Source: Ruminococcus sp.
GTDB lineage: Bacteria > Bacillota > Clostridia > Oscillospirales > Acutalibacteraceae
DNA length: 64,000 bases
Assembly (NCBI GenBank): GCA_045124035.1
Contig: JBGVLC010000032.1
Location: forward strand, 30,427-94,426
Direction of reading: 5' to 3'
The notes below the pieces were generated by a model. The model saw only the letters and a program-made list of their open reading frames with translations, was not told where the DNA came from and made no database searches. Of this stretch, positions 46,957-55,146 are shown piece after piece (position 1 is the first letter of the stretch; the number at the start of each line of letters is the position of its first letter). The position numbers were made by a program, and so were the translations under genes.

Positions 46957-49749
46957 TTAGTTTGCTAAAGCTGCCGCTTTTGTAACTACCTGATAATCTG
47001 TGCCATTTACAAATGATTCTACGATACCAAGTGCATCGAATGTATTTACACGGCTGTCTGAGTTTACGTTGAGTGCTAAAATCTCGTTGTCATGTGGAGC
47101 ATCGCTCTTTCTGAGCCACGCATCAACGGCTGAAAGTGCATCCTGTGCGTTTACAATGCCATCAAAATTCGCATCACCAAACTGCAACGCCTCAGCTTTT
47201 GTATCTTCAATTTCAAAGTTTGACTTGTCTGCAAAATTCTGCATATCAATTGATGCAGGTACAATAGCCACATAAGACGAAACACCTGTTTTACTGCTTA
47301 TCTCAGGACTGTATTTGAAGTCAACAGCATTTGTGCCATCGTTATATGTAACCTTTGTCTGTTCATCAACTGATGTAACAGAAAGAGCCACAGCTTTTTT
47401 GCTTGATGGGATAAGGTCAACGTCATCACCCTGATAGAGGCAAATTGCGTTGAACGATACACCCTGTACAACATTCACGCTACCGCTTGCTTTGTCTGTT
47501 TTTACAACAATAATTGAGTCAGGATTAGTTGAGTCAGAGTTAAGCTTTACTGACATACCTGTTAAAGAGATATCGAGAACATCACCGGCTTTTGCTGTAT
47601 CAACCCTGAACTTAACTGTGAACAGATCAGCAGGGAAAGATGTACCTGTACCTGTAACTGTAATATCGTTGTTATTATTTGCATCAAAGTAAACTACTCT
47701 GAGCTTTCTTGTAGAATTTTCAACATACCAGTTGATTTCACCGCCATTTAAGCAGTTATTTGCAACAACATCTTCTACTGCAACACCACTTGGAATGTTC
47801 ATAACATAGTCGATAAGTTTATAAGCTCCATTGTTGTCCCACTGATTGATGCTGATTACACCATTGAATGTTGCACCTTTTGTGTCTTCGATTTCAGCAG
47901 GCACAGAAAGTGTAGCTGTCAAATCACCTTTTACAGGTGTTACAACTTCTTCAAATGTAACATCAGACATATTGTAAAGTGATGTTTTACCTGTAACTAA
48001 ACGCTTGTAAGCAATAAGAGCATAGCAAGCCTGATCGGTTGCCATTGCGTTTGAATCACCAGACTGAGCGTGCTTGAACATAGCATCATCTTCTACGTAA
48101 TAAGAAAGAAGATTATCAACAGCAGAATTGCCGTCTTTAATAAATCTTATGTCAGTATCAGGATTAATGCCCCAAGTTGTACAAGCAACGATAATCTGAG
48201 CCGCACTTTCAGATGTTTCGCCTGTGCCATATAAGAATCCACCGGTTGAAAGCTGTTCTCTCGATAAACGGTCAAATGCTTTTTGTGCCGCATTTGTTAC
48301 ATCAGCTTTGTCACGATATGGGTACAAAGCCTGTAATGCCATACCTGTAATATCGGTATTCATAGATGAACCTGACATAGCCCAACCACCATCAGCAAGC
48401 TGTTTTTCAAGAAGATAATCAACGCACTGCTGACGGATTGTTTCATCCTCTGTCATATAATTGTTTGTATCTAATGCGATAAGTGTATAGATAACACCGT
48501 TGATACCCTGTTTCTTAACCCAGGAAAAGTCACTGTAATTAGCTGTTAAGTCCCAGTTACCAACAGAAGTTGCATCTTTACCAATAGATGATAAAGCAAG
48601 GATAACACGTGAATTATCTGTTGATTTTGATTTATGTAATGCACCATTTAAGTTAATTGATTCAGCCTTGCTGTTAACATACTCAACAATGCGGTCATAG
48701 TAAGCTTCAAAATACTCATCACCTGTGTTGAAGTACTCGCCACGAGCAAGACAAAGAACTGTCCATTCACCTGCATTTGTACCAAAGGCAGGCTCTGTTA
48801 CTGTATCAGCAAGCTGAGCTAAAGTTGCATTTAATACAGCACTGACATCCTGTGGCTGACGAACAGGTGTATCTTTACCTTTTACAGTAATGCTTGCAAA
48901 AGCAGGAGCAGATACGATTGCACTTGGATATTCTGCACCGTAACCACCATTACACCAGAGATACCAAGTGCCTGATTTAAGTGCAGGGATAGTAGCTACA
49001 CCACTGCTGTCAGTTGTTACTGTGCCCATAGCTTCGCCTAATGTTTTGCCGTAAGAGACCGAGCAGTCAGCTACCTCACTAAGTGCTAATTCGCCACCAA
49101 AACCGCCACCGCTTCTGACTAAACTAATAGGAAGCTCTTTGTCAGCGTCTACTTCATATGAGTGAGTAATCTCACCATTTGCATCTGCAAAATAGTTAAA
49201 ACCTGCCGCTGAGTCCATCCAGAACTCCCAGCTTGTATAGCCTGCGATGTCGTAAAAATCACCTGATTTAAGGCTTAAATTATCCGCTGTTGCACCCCAA
49301 CCCGGAGAAAGCTCAGGATATATACCATTGAGGTAGTAATTTAAGTTGCAGTCAGGAAAACCAAAAAGTCCTTCCTGAAAGAAGATACTGCTTGGACTAC
49401 CCGAAACAACAACATCGCTCCAATCAAGACCAAAAAGCTCTTCGTGAGTGTAAATATATAAGTGAAGTGCTGTTACATCATATTTACCGTCACCATCACC
49501 ATCATAATAGAAGTCTGATAATCCGTATTCATCTAAACTGATATTTTCAAGTGCAGACATTGGCACTTCTGCGTAAGCAATAGGTTTATCGTTTTTGTCG
49601 TTGACAAACTCCCCGTCAAAGCTTATTGAAATATAAATGCTGTCTTTTTCTGTTGCAAACACTGTGAAAGGCAAAGCAGTGACTATCATTAAAACAGTAA
49701 GCAACAAACAAAGTAGTTTTTGTGTTATGTTTTTACTTTTTGTTTTCAT
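46957..49749 (-). CDS. Secreted surface protein: DUF4430-like domain + Ig-like + prenyltransferase/squalene-cyclase-type alpha/alpha barrel + cohesin-like + dockerin
   Basis: Signal peptide; NYYLNGIYP..WGATADNLSLKSGD; EWTVLCLAR, QGINGVIYTLIALD, QLADGGW..DITGMALQAL, ATDQACYAL; two Ca-binding loops GDANFDGIVNAQDA and NVNSDSRVNTFDA. Confidence 0.75.
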   Translation of the reverse strand: MKTKSKNITQKLLCLLLTVLMIVTALPFTVFATEKDSIYISISFDGEFVNDKNDKPIAYAEVPMSALENISLDEYGLSDFYYDGDGDGKYDVTALHLYIYTHEELFGLDWSDVVVSGSPSSIFFQEGLFGFPDCNLNYYLNGIYPELSPGWGATADNLSLKSGDFYDIAGYTSWEFWMDSAAGFNYFADANGEITHSYEVDADKELPISLVRSGGGFGGELALSEVADCSVSYGKTLGEAMGTVTTDSSGVATIPALKSGTWYLWCNGGYGAEYPSAIVSAPAFASITVKGKDTPVRQPQDVSAVLNATLAQLADTVTEPAFGTNAGEWTVLCLARGEYFNTGDEYFEAYYDRIVEYVNSKAESINLNGALHKSKSTDNSRVILALSSIGKDATSVGNWDLTANYSDFSWVKKQGINGVIYTLIALDTNNYMTEDETIRQQCVDYLLEKQLADGGWAMSGSSMNTDITGMALQALYPYRDKADVTNAAQKAFDRLSREQLSTGGFLYGTGETSESAAQIIVACTTWGINPDTDIRFIKDGNSAVDNLLSYYVEDDAMFKHAQSGDSNAMATDQACYALIAYKRLVTGKTSLYNMSDVTFEEVVTPVKGDLTATLSVPAEIEDTKGATFNGVISINQWDNNGAYKLIDYVMNIPSGVAVEDVVANNCLNGGEINWYVENSTRKLRVVYFDANNNNDITVTGTGTSFPADLFTVKFRVDTAKAGDVLDISLTGMSVKLNSDSTNPDSIIVVKTDKASGSVNVVQGVSFNAICLYQGDDVDLIPSSKKAVALSVTSVDEQTKVTYNDGTNAVDFKYSPEISSKTGVSSYVAIVPASIDMQNFADKSNFEIEDTKAEALQFGDANFDGIVNAQDALSAVDAWLRKSDAPHDNEILALNVNSDSRVNTFDALGIVESFVNGTDYQVVTKAAALAN

Positions 49750-49769
49750 AAAAAATTTCCTTTCTTGTT

Positions 49770-49997
49770 TTACACAAGTTTCTTTTTTGTTTTTCTTTTC
49801 TTCGTTTTCTTAGGAACTAAGGATTTAGGCTCTTTAAGACCAGCCGTTTCCAAAGCTCTTGGCCACGGACCGAGAAAGGCTTTTATTCGTGAACGTGTTA
49901 CTTCATCGAAATCATCCTTGTGCGGAAGTCTACCAAGTTCCCTATTTTTCTCTATTAAAAGTTCTACCGCCCAGGACTTTTTCTCTTCAGTTGTCAC
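49770..49997 (-). CDS. 75-aa basic protein resembling a stand-alone homing-endonuclease-associated repeat
   Basis: GTG start with AGAGGAGG SD; ELGRLPHKDDF..IKAFLGPWPRALETAGL; Lys-rich tail. Confidence 0.6.
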   Translation of the reverse strand: MTTEEKKSWAVELLIEKNRELGRLPHKDDFDEVTRSRIKAFLGPWPRALETAGLKEPKSLVPKKTKKRKTKKKLV

Positions 49998-50105
49998 ATT
50001 TATCCCTCCTCTAAAAGCAAGTGCCTCGCACGGGTTTTGTGCAGACAGTGCATATTTTCTGTACTTTTCATTCCCGAGTATGATCTTACAGCTTCCTATA
50101 AAAGT

Positions 50106-50146
50106 AAAAAAATACTCTCCCAACATAAAGGTCGGAAGAGTACAAC
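50106..50146 (-). terminator. Second intrinsic terminator in the B12 leader
   Basis: TACTCTTCCGAC-N6-GTTGGGAGAGTA followed by T7. Confidence 0.65.
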
Positions 50147-50185
50147 AGATTTAAAGCACGCCAAAACAGCTTTGAATTACACATA

Positions 50186-50240
50186 TAAAAAAGAGTGCCA
50201 ACCCAAAGCCGCCAAAAGCGGTAAATCGGTTGCACTCTTC
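50186..50240 (-). terminator. Riboswitch expression-platform terminator
   Basis: AAGAGTGCAACC...GGTTGGCACTCTT-TTTT with an internal CCGC/GCGG hairpin. Confidence 0.7.
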
Positions 50241-50269
50241 TCACCAAAGTTGTGTTTAACCTAAAAAAG

Positions 50270-50445
50270 AAACGGCAGGTCTCCTGACTTATGATACTGT
50301 GTACTACACCTAAAAGCACTCCTTCTCAGGATATCCCCAATGGCTCTTGTGCCTTTTATATCAAATACAGTAATGGCGGTTGTTCCGGATTCGAACCGGA
50401 TTCCCTTTTACATTTACTCAGCTTACAACTTTTCAAACCGTATCT
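50270..50445 (-). promoter_or_regulatory. Cobalamin riboswitch
   Basis: AAAAGGGAATCCGGTTCGAATCCGGAACAACCGCCATTACTGTA...GCCATTGGG...GAAGG...AAGTCAGGAGACCTGCC, matching the B12-element consensus. Confidence 0.92.
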
Positions 50446-50471
50446 TCTTATATCGATATTTAATTTTAGTT

Positions 50472-50500
50472 ATTATACCATAGATAGAATCAATTTTCAA
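50472..50500 (-). promoter_or_regulatory. SigA promoter of the B12 operon
   Basis: TTGAAA-N17-TATAAT with an extended TG. Confidence 0.7.
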
Positions 50501-50510
50501 TATGTAAAAA

Positions 50511-51188
50511 TCATTCTATCCGATATTTCATACAAGGTCTGCCGCCAGTTTCGTAGTTGATCTCACTGACCACTCTACCCGACTGAGCAAGATAATTCAT
50601 ATATCTTCTAACTGTTACACTCGTAAGATTTACCTTTTCGGCAATTTCGTCGCCTGTGAACCAAACGTTTTTATTGGCTTTCAGATATTCCATAATCAGT
50701 TCAAGGGTTTTTTCCTGAATACCTTTCGGGAAAAGAGCATCGCTCTTTTTGCGTGAATTTTCGATAATGTGGTCAATGCTTTTTTGGTTTAATGTATCAA
50801 TATCCTTGAGCGCATTGTTTTGTGCGATATATTTTTCAAGTGCCATTTGGAAACGGTCAAAGGTAAAGGGCTTTACGAGATAATCCACAATACCAAGGTG
50901 CAATGCTTCTTCTAAAGACTCACGCTCTTTTGCTGCAGTCACCATAATAGCATCTACGACAATTTGTTTGTTGCGGATCTGTCTGAGCGTCTCAAAGCCG
51001 TCCATTTTGGGCATAAACACATCCAAAATCAAAAGATCTGCCGTGTTATTTTCAAGGAAATCAAGAGCACTCAGACCGTCATTACATTTGCCGACAATTT
51101 CAAAGTTCTTGTTTCTCTTTATGTATTGTTCGTTTATCATTGCGACCATCGGGTCGTCTTCTACGATCAAAACCTTATACATTGCCAT
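50511..51188 (-). CDS. CitB/DcuR/MalR family response regulator
   Basis: VLIVEDDPMV, LLILDVFMP, DYLVKPFT; C-terminal HTH SVTVRRYMNYL. Confidence 0.9.
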   Translation of the reverse strand: MAMYKVLIVEDDPMVAMINEQYIKRNKNFEIVGKCNDGLSALDFLENNTADLLILDVFMPKMDGFETLRQIRNKQIVVDAIMVTAAKERESLEEALHLGIVDYLVKPFTFDRFQMALEKYIAQNNALKDIDTLNQKSIDHIIENSRKKSDALFPKGIQEKTLELIMEYLKANKNVWFTGDEIAEKVNLTSVTVRRYMNYLAQSGRVVSEINYETGGRPCMKYRIE

Positions 51189-52782
51189 TCTCCTTCACAA
51201 AACTTACCGAGAAAGAACTGCCCACGCCCTCTTGTGATTCCACCGTGATTTTTCCGCCGAAGTTTTCTACCATTGATTTTACTTGATGAAGTCCCGTGCC
51301 TCTACCATCACCTTTGGTAGAAAATCCGTTTTCAAAGATAAGTTCCATATCCTCATTTTTAATACCGCTACCTGTATCGTCAACAGTAATCAGCACAGCT
51401 CCGGGTTTGGAGTAAATACCGAACATCAGTTCTTTATGTTTATTGTAGTCGGTGCTTTTATTCATTGCGTCAAAGGCATTATCAAGAAGGTTGCCGATAA
51501 CGGTTATCAGCATTTCGGAGGGAAGATTCATATCTGCCGGAGAATAATAACATCCCTCACGCAGTACAAAATTTATGTTGAGTTCGGAGGCTCTTGCGAT
51601 TTTTCCGATGAGAAGTGCCGCAACAGCAGGCTCGCTTACAGCATTCATAACCTTACTGATATTTTCACGCTGAACCATAGTGATGTTTTGGATGTATGAA
51701 CTTGCATCATCATACATTTCCATCTGAATAAGACCGAGAATAACGTGAAGCTTATTTGTGAAATCGTGATTGTTTGCTCTCATAGAATCAACAAGATACC
51801 GTGTTCCCGAAAGTTCTTCCATTAGTTTTGTATATTCGGCTCGGTTATGAAGAATGGCGATTATGCCTACAGTAACTCCATCTTCCTTAATCGGTACACG
51901 GTCAAGAATGATATCCGTCTTTGCAAGATTGATGTTCCTTTCCTTGTCGCCGCTTTTTATGTTACGGGAAAGAATATCATCACCGATAATATCCACACTT
52001 TGTCCAACAAGGTTATTAAGCGGATGATCGAAAAGCATACGAATAGCAGATTCATTGGCAAACTGTATGACGCCGTTTGTATCAAAAGCGATGATACCTT
52101 CCGCCAAGGTTTCAAGGATATTGTCACGCATTCTATACATCGCCGTGAATACATCAGGTTCGTATCCCATAAGGCTCTTTTTGATTTTACCCGAAAGTTT
52201 TCCCGCAATAATGAGTTCAATGAGAATGGCTACTACAGTGATAATCAGGAAGATAAACAACATCTGTGCCGTTTCTGCTTTGATGTTTTTCGTCAGCATA
52301 ATCGCCATAACCACGCCGACGTATTCTCCGTCCTCGTCATACACCGCAGCATAAGCACGGCGCTGATTTCCTGATGGGCCGCTTTCGTTCACAGCGTAGT
52401 AACCGTCCGTATTGCTTTTAAAATCGGGCATATTTCCGTCATATCTTGTTCCGATCAAAGTGTGGTTGGAGTGATACATACGAACGCCGTCTTTGTTTAC
52501 AACGGAGATGACGTCAATATCGTCAAGAGTATCCTTCAAGGCATCAAGATATTCAACGATAACAGTCTCTTCTTCGATGCTCTTACCCGTCATCATTGGA
52601 GAATTAGCAATCGCTTCGGCTACGTTTTGTAGATTTTGGTCGCGCTTCTCCGTTTCAAAATGAATATTGATAAGCGTTCCCGCAACACCTAAAATCAGTG
52701 CCAATGAGAGAATCAAAATAAGCTGAGTCCGAAAGAACAATTTTTGAATACCGCTGAGCGATATTCTTTGCCTGTCAGCCAT
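51175..52782 (-). CDS. CitA/DcuS family sensor histidine kinase
   Basis: Two TM helices around a Cache-like domain; PAS-like region; MRANNHDFTNKLHVILGL H-box; GNLLDNAFDA, DDTGSGI, GFSTKG, GTGL. Confidence 0.9.
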   Translation of the reverse strand: MADRQRISLSGIQKLFFRTQLILILSLALILGVAGTLINIHFETEKRDQNLQNVAEAIANSPMMTGKSIEEETVIVEYLDALKDTLDDIDVISVVNKDGVRMYHSNHTLIGTRYDGNMPDFKSNTDGYYAVNESGPSGNQRRAYAAVYDEDGEYVGVVMAIMLTKNIKAETAQMLFIFLIITVVAILIELIIAGKLSGKIKKSLMGYEPDVFTAMYRMRDNILETLAEGIIAFDTNGVIQFANESAIRMLFDHPLNNLVGQSVDIIGDDILSRNIKSGDKERNINLAKTDIILDRVPIKEDGVTVGIIAILHNRAEYTKLMEELSGTRYLVDSMRANNHDFTNKLHVILGLIQMEMYDDASSYIQNITMVQRENISKVMNAVSEPAVAALLIGKIARASELNINFVLREGCYYSPADMNLPSEMLITVIGNLLDNAFDAMNKSTDYNKHKELMFGIYSKPGAVLITVDDTGSGIKNEDMELIFENGFSTKGDGRGTGLHQVKSMVENFGGKITVESQEGVGSSFSVSFVKENGNV

Positions 52783-53012
52783 TTGTTTTCCTGCTTTCAT
52801 ACCTTTACCATCCCTGATATCAATCCCTAAGTTCGAGTTATTATATCATAATTGAACGTTTTTTTCAATTTCCTAACCTTTTAAAAGGACTTTTGAAAGT
52901 AAAAAAAGTGGGTAAAAACGTCTATATATGTTTCTATTTTTCAAAAAATTGTTTTCTATACTTTTCGGTGCTATCCTATTTGCGAAATCAAAAAACGCAA
53001 AGGAGATATGTT

Positions 53013-53300
53013 ATGGGATCTATTTTTGAAACGGTTATGCTTGTTTGTTTTGGTTTTTCTTGGCCACTGAATGTCATTAAAGCATACAAAGCAAAAACAG
53101 CAAAAGGAACGAGCCTGCCGTTTATTTTGCTTATCATCACCGGTTACATAGCAGGCATTTCTGCAAAGCTTATTTCGGGACAGATCAATTACGTGTTGAT
53201 TGCTTACATTTTGAATTTGGCAATCGTATCTTTGAACGTAATTGTATATTTCCGCAACGTTTCGCTTGACAAGAAGCGTTTGCAAGGTATGGAGGCATAA
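53013..53300 (+). CDS. 95-aa three-TM PQ-loop/SemiSWEET-like membrane protein
   Basis: AGGAG SD; MLVCFGFSWPLNVIKAYKAKTAKGTSLPF..three hydrophobic helices. Confidence 0.6.
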   Translation: MGSIFETVMLVCFGFSWPLNVIKAYKAKTAKGTSLPFILLIITGYIAGISAKLISGQINYVLIAYILNLAIVSLNVIVYFRNVSLDKKRLQGMEA

Positions 53301-53302
53301 CA

Positions 53303-53890
53303 ATGAGAGAAGCAGAAATTCAAAACTACACAAAACTCAATGAACTTGCCGAGCAAGGCGGTATTGTAATCTTCGGGGACGGTAAAGATAAGGATATTCC
53401 CACTTGCGAACTACGTCAGGCCTTTGCTGTAGAATCAAAGGTCTATAACCGCAGTTTTGATAATCTGTCCGTCAATGAGGCTGTGAGCGTATATAAAAAG
53501 GTAGTCAGCCCTCTTGAACCCGAAACGGTGCTGATACATCTCGGAGAGGCAGACCTTTCAACCCTTGGATTGAACCTTACCGAGTTTGACAATAAGTATC
53601 TGGAGTTGATTAAGGTTATCAAGACACAGAACAAGAAGTGCCGAATTGCGGTGATTTCCTTAAAAAATTATGACAGCGTTCCGCAGATAGCTGAGCTGAA
53701 TAAACACCTGAAATATATTGCCGATTCCGAAAAATGTGAGTATGGCGATATTGCAACAAAGAAAGTGTGGAATCCGAAGGCATCTATGGAAGTCGCATCT
53801 TTCGTGTATTCAATTGGCTTTGTTCATCCCCTCAAAAATAAGCGTCCTTTATATGACCTTGTAAAAATGCTGTTTTGCTACGAAGAATAA
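53303..53890 (+). CDS. SGNH/GDSL-fold protein, apparently lacking catalytic residues
   Basis: IVIFGDG (block I, with G in place of S), VLIHLGEAD (block III, with GEAD in place of GxND). Confidence 0.6.
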   Translation: MREAEIQNYTKLNELAEQGGIVIFGDGKDKDIPTCELRQAFAVESKVYNRSFDNLSVNEAVSVYKKVVSPLEPETVLIHLGEADLSTLGLNLTEFDNKYLELIKVIKTQNKKCRIAVISLKNYDSVPQIAELNKHLKYIADSEKCEYGDIATKKVWNPKASMEVASFVYSIGFVHPLKNKRPLYDLVKMLFCYEE

Positions 53891-53895
53891 AAAAA

Positions 53896-53935
53896 TACGG
53901 CGTCAGGGAGATTTATTTCTCTCTGTCGCCGCTTT
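53896..53935. terminator. Bidirectional terminator
   Basis: CGGCGTCAGGGAGA/TCTCTCTGTCGCCG imperfect stem between convergent genes. Confidence 0.65.
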
Positions 53936-53938
53936 CGT

Positions 53939-54289
53939 TTAATTATAGATTATATCTTGGTTTACGATTTCTGTTGCTCTGCTACGGATATTATTCATTC
54001 GCCCAACCCAATCCATTTGATTGTCTGCTTTAAGTTGCTCAGTAACACTCTCTTTTTCGGCGAGTTGTTTCACAAGTAGTTGATACATATTTTCAGCTTG
54101 TTCGTTGATATCTGCGAGGTAATCTATGAGCTTACAGCTTGTGAGCAAGTTATAATATCTGACCTTGTGGTGGTTCAGCAAAAACCTTTTATGTCGCTGT
54201 CCCCATACTCCGATTTCTTTGTTTTCCTGCTCAGGTAATGTGAGATTAGGGATAAGATAATCACCCTGCATTGTATATGTAATTTCCAT
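53939..54289 (-). CDS. tnpV: TnpV family transposon-encoded protein
   Basis: YTMQGDYLIPNL, IGVWGQRHKRFL, EQLKADNQMDWVGRMNNIRSRATEIV. Confidence 0.9.
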   Translation of the reverse strand: MEITYTMQGDYLIPNLTLPEQENKEIGVWGQRHKRFLLNHHKVRYYNLLTSCKLIDYLADINEQAENMYQLLVKQLAEKESVTEQLKADNQMDWVGRMNNIRSRATEIVNQDIIYN

Positions 54290-54291
54290 TT

Positions 54292-54468
54292 TTAGTCCTC
54301 CTTAACTTTAACTCGTTTTAGTTTTGCATTTGCTATTTTGATTATTACTTCATCTAACAAATCTGTATATTTACCCTCGGTAATCAGCTTGTTTCTGAAG
54401 TCGTTCAGATTATTCAATAACATTCGTCGTTCTTCACAGGTGAGATAGATATGATACTTGTTTCTCAT
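54292..54468 (-). CDS. 58-aa hypothetical protein of the type seen in Firmicute ICE modules (not in the ORF track)
   Basis: Manual translation: MRNKYHIYLTCEERRMLLNNLNDFRNKLITEGKYTDLLDEVIIKIANAKLKRVKVKED; GGAGG SD; ATGA overlap with the upstream gene. Confidence 0.65.
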   Translation of the reverse strand: MRNKYHIYLTCEERRMLLNNLNDFRNKLITEGKYTDLLDEVIIKIANAKLKRVKVKED

Positions 54469-54773
54469 TCTCTTTCCTCCGCTAACAAGTTGTTATAAAG
54501 AGTTTTGGTATCTACAAATGTATCATAAACAAACCTTGCACCAAGTCTGAACCCAACCATAAAGCTATCCAGTTCAGACTTTCCGAGAATAACACTTGAA
54601 GCATCAACAAAGGATGCAAACACTTTCTTTTCTTCACCTGTAAGTTTCTCATTCAATAAGCTTTCGCTATTTGCAAGGATAGTCATCTGCTTTTGTATGT
54701 GACTGTCTTTCTTAACTGAACGAGCCTGCGGGTCGATATTTCCGTAGAATAACTCTTCTATAATATTTTTCAC
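54465..54773 (-). CDS. DUF6809-like small protein
   Basis: NIIEELFYGNI..F..GFRLGARF; GGAGG SD. Confidence 0.75.
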   Translation of the reverse strand: MKNIIEELFYGNIDPQARSVKKDSHIQKQMTILANSESLLNEKLTGEEKKVFASFVDASSVILGKSELDSFMVGFRLGARFVYDTFVDTKTLYNNLLAEERE

Positions 54774-55146
54774 CTGTAATTCCTCCGATTACACTAATAT
54801 TCTACGAAGAATTTGAAAGAGTCCCTTATGTGCGAGCGAGAAAAGTGTGTAACTGCCGATAAAACCTATATTAAAATAAATCCGTTATTAACACTCGCAC
54901 CAAATCAGATACCTCTATTGATACAAAAGTGTCAATAGAGGTATCGTCGTTTTATCGTTAATTTATAGCGAAAAGATAAGTAAATAAGCAGAGAATAAAA
55001 AACAAGCGTTGCAGTTTGAAGGAGTAAGTCTATGTTATCCCTCATCCGCAACGCTTTTTTGTTGTGATTTTTATGTGATTTTGTAATTAAGCCGGTGAAA
55101 TTTTCAATCCTATCGCTAATAGATTGAATAACAGTCAAAGTTTCAA

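Noticed and set aside
47980-48850. Squalene-hopene cyclase or prenyltransferase activity for the 930-aa protein
   Set aside because: The protein is secreted, lacks an evident DxDD catalytic motif and sits in a B12 uptake operon. Only the barrel fold is supported.
50000-50100. GGGAAT...GCACTGT in the B12 leader as a second cobalamin aptamer
   Set aside because: It lacks the GGTG/AATCC stem and the B12-box (AGxxAGxAGACC), so it is probably chance similarity.
49770-50126. 118-aa version of the leader ORF
   Set aside because: Its 5' part runs through terminator 2 and has no SD. The GTG at 49997 has a strong AGAGGAGG SD.
54932-55138. 68-aa ORF downstream of thiN
   Set aside because: No recognisable motif or convincing SD, and it ends inside an inverted repeat.
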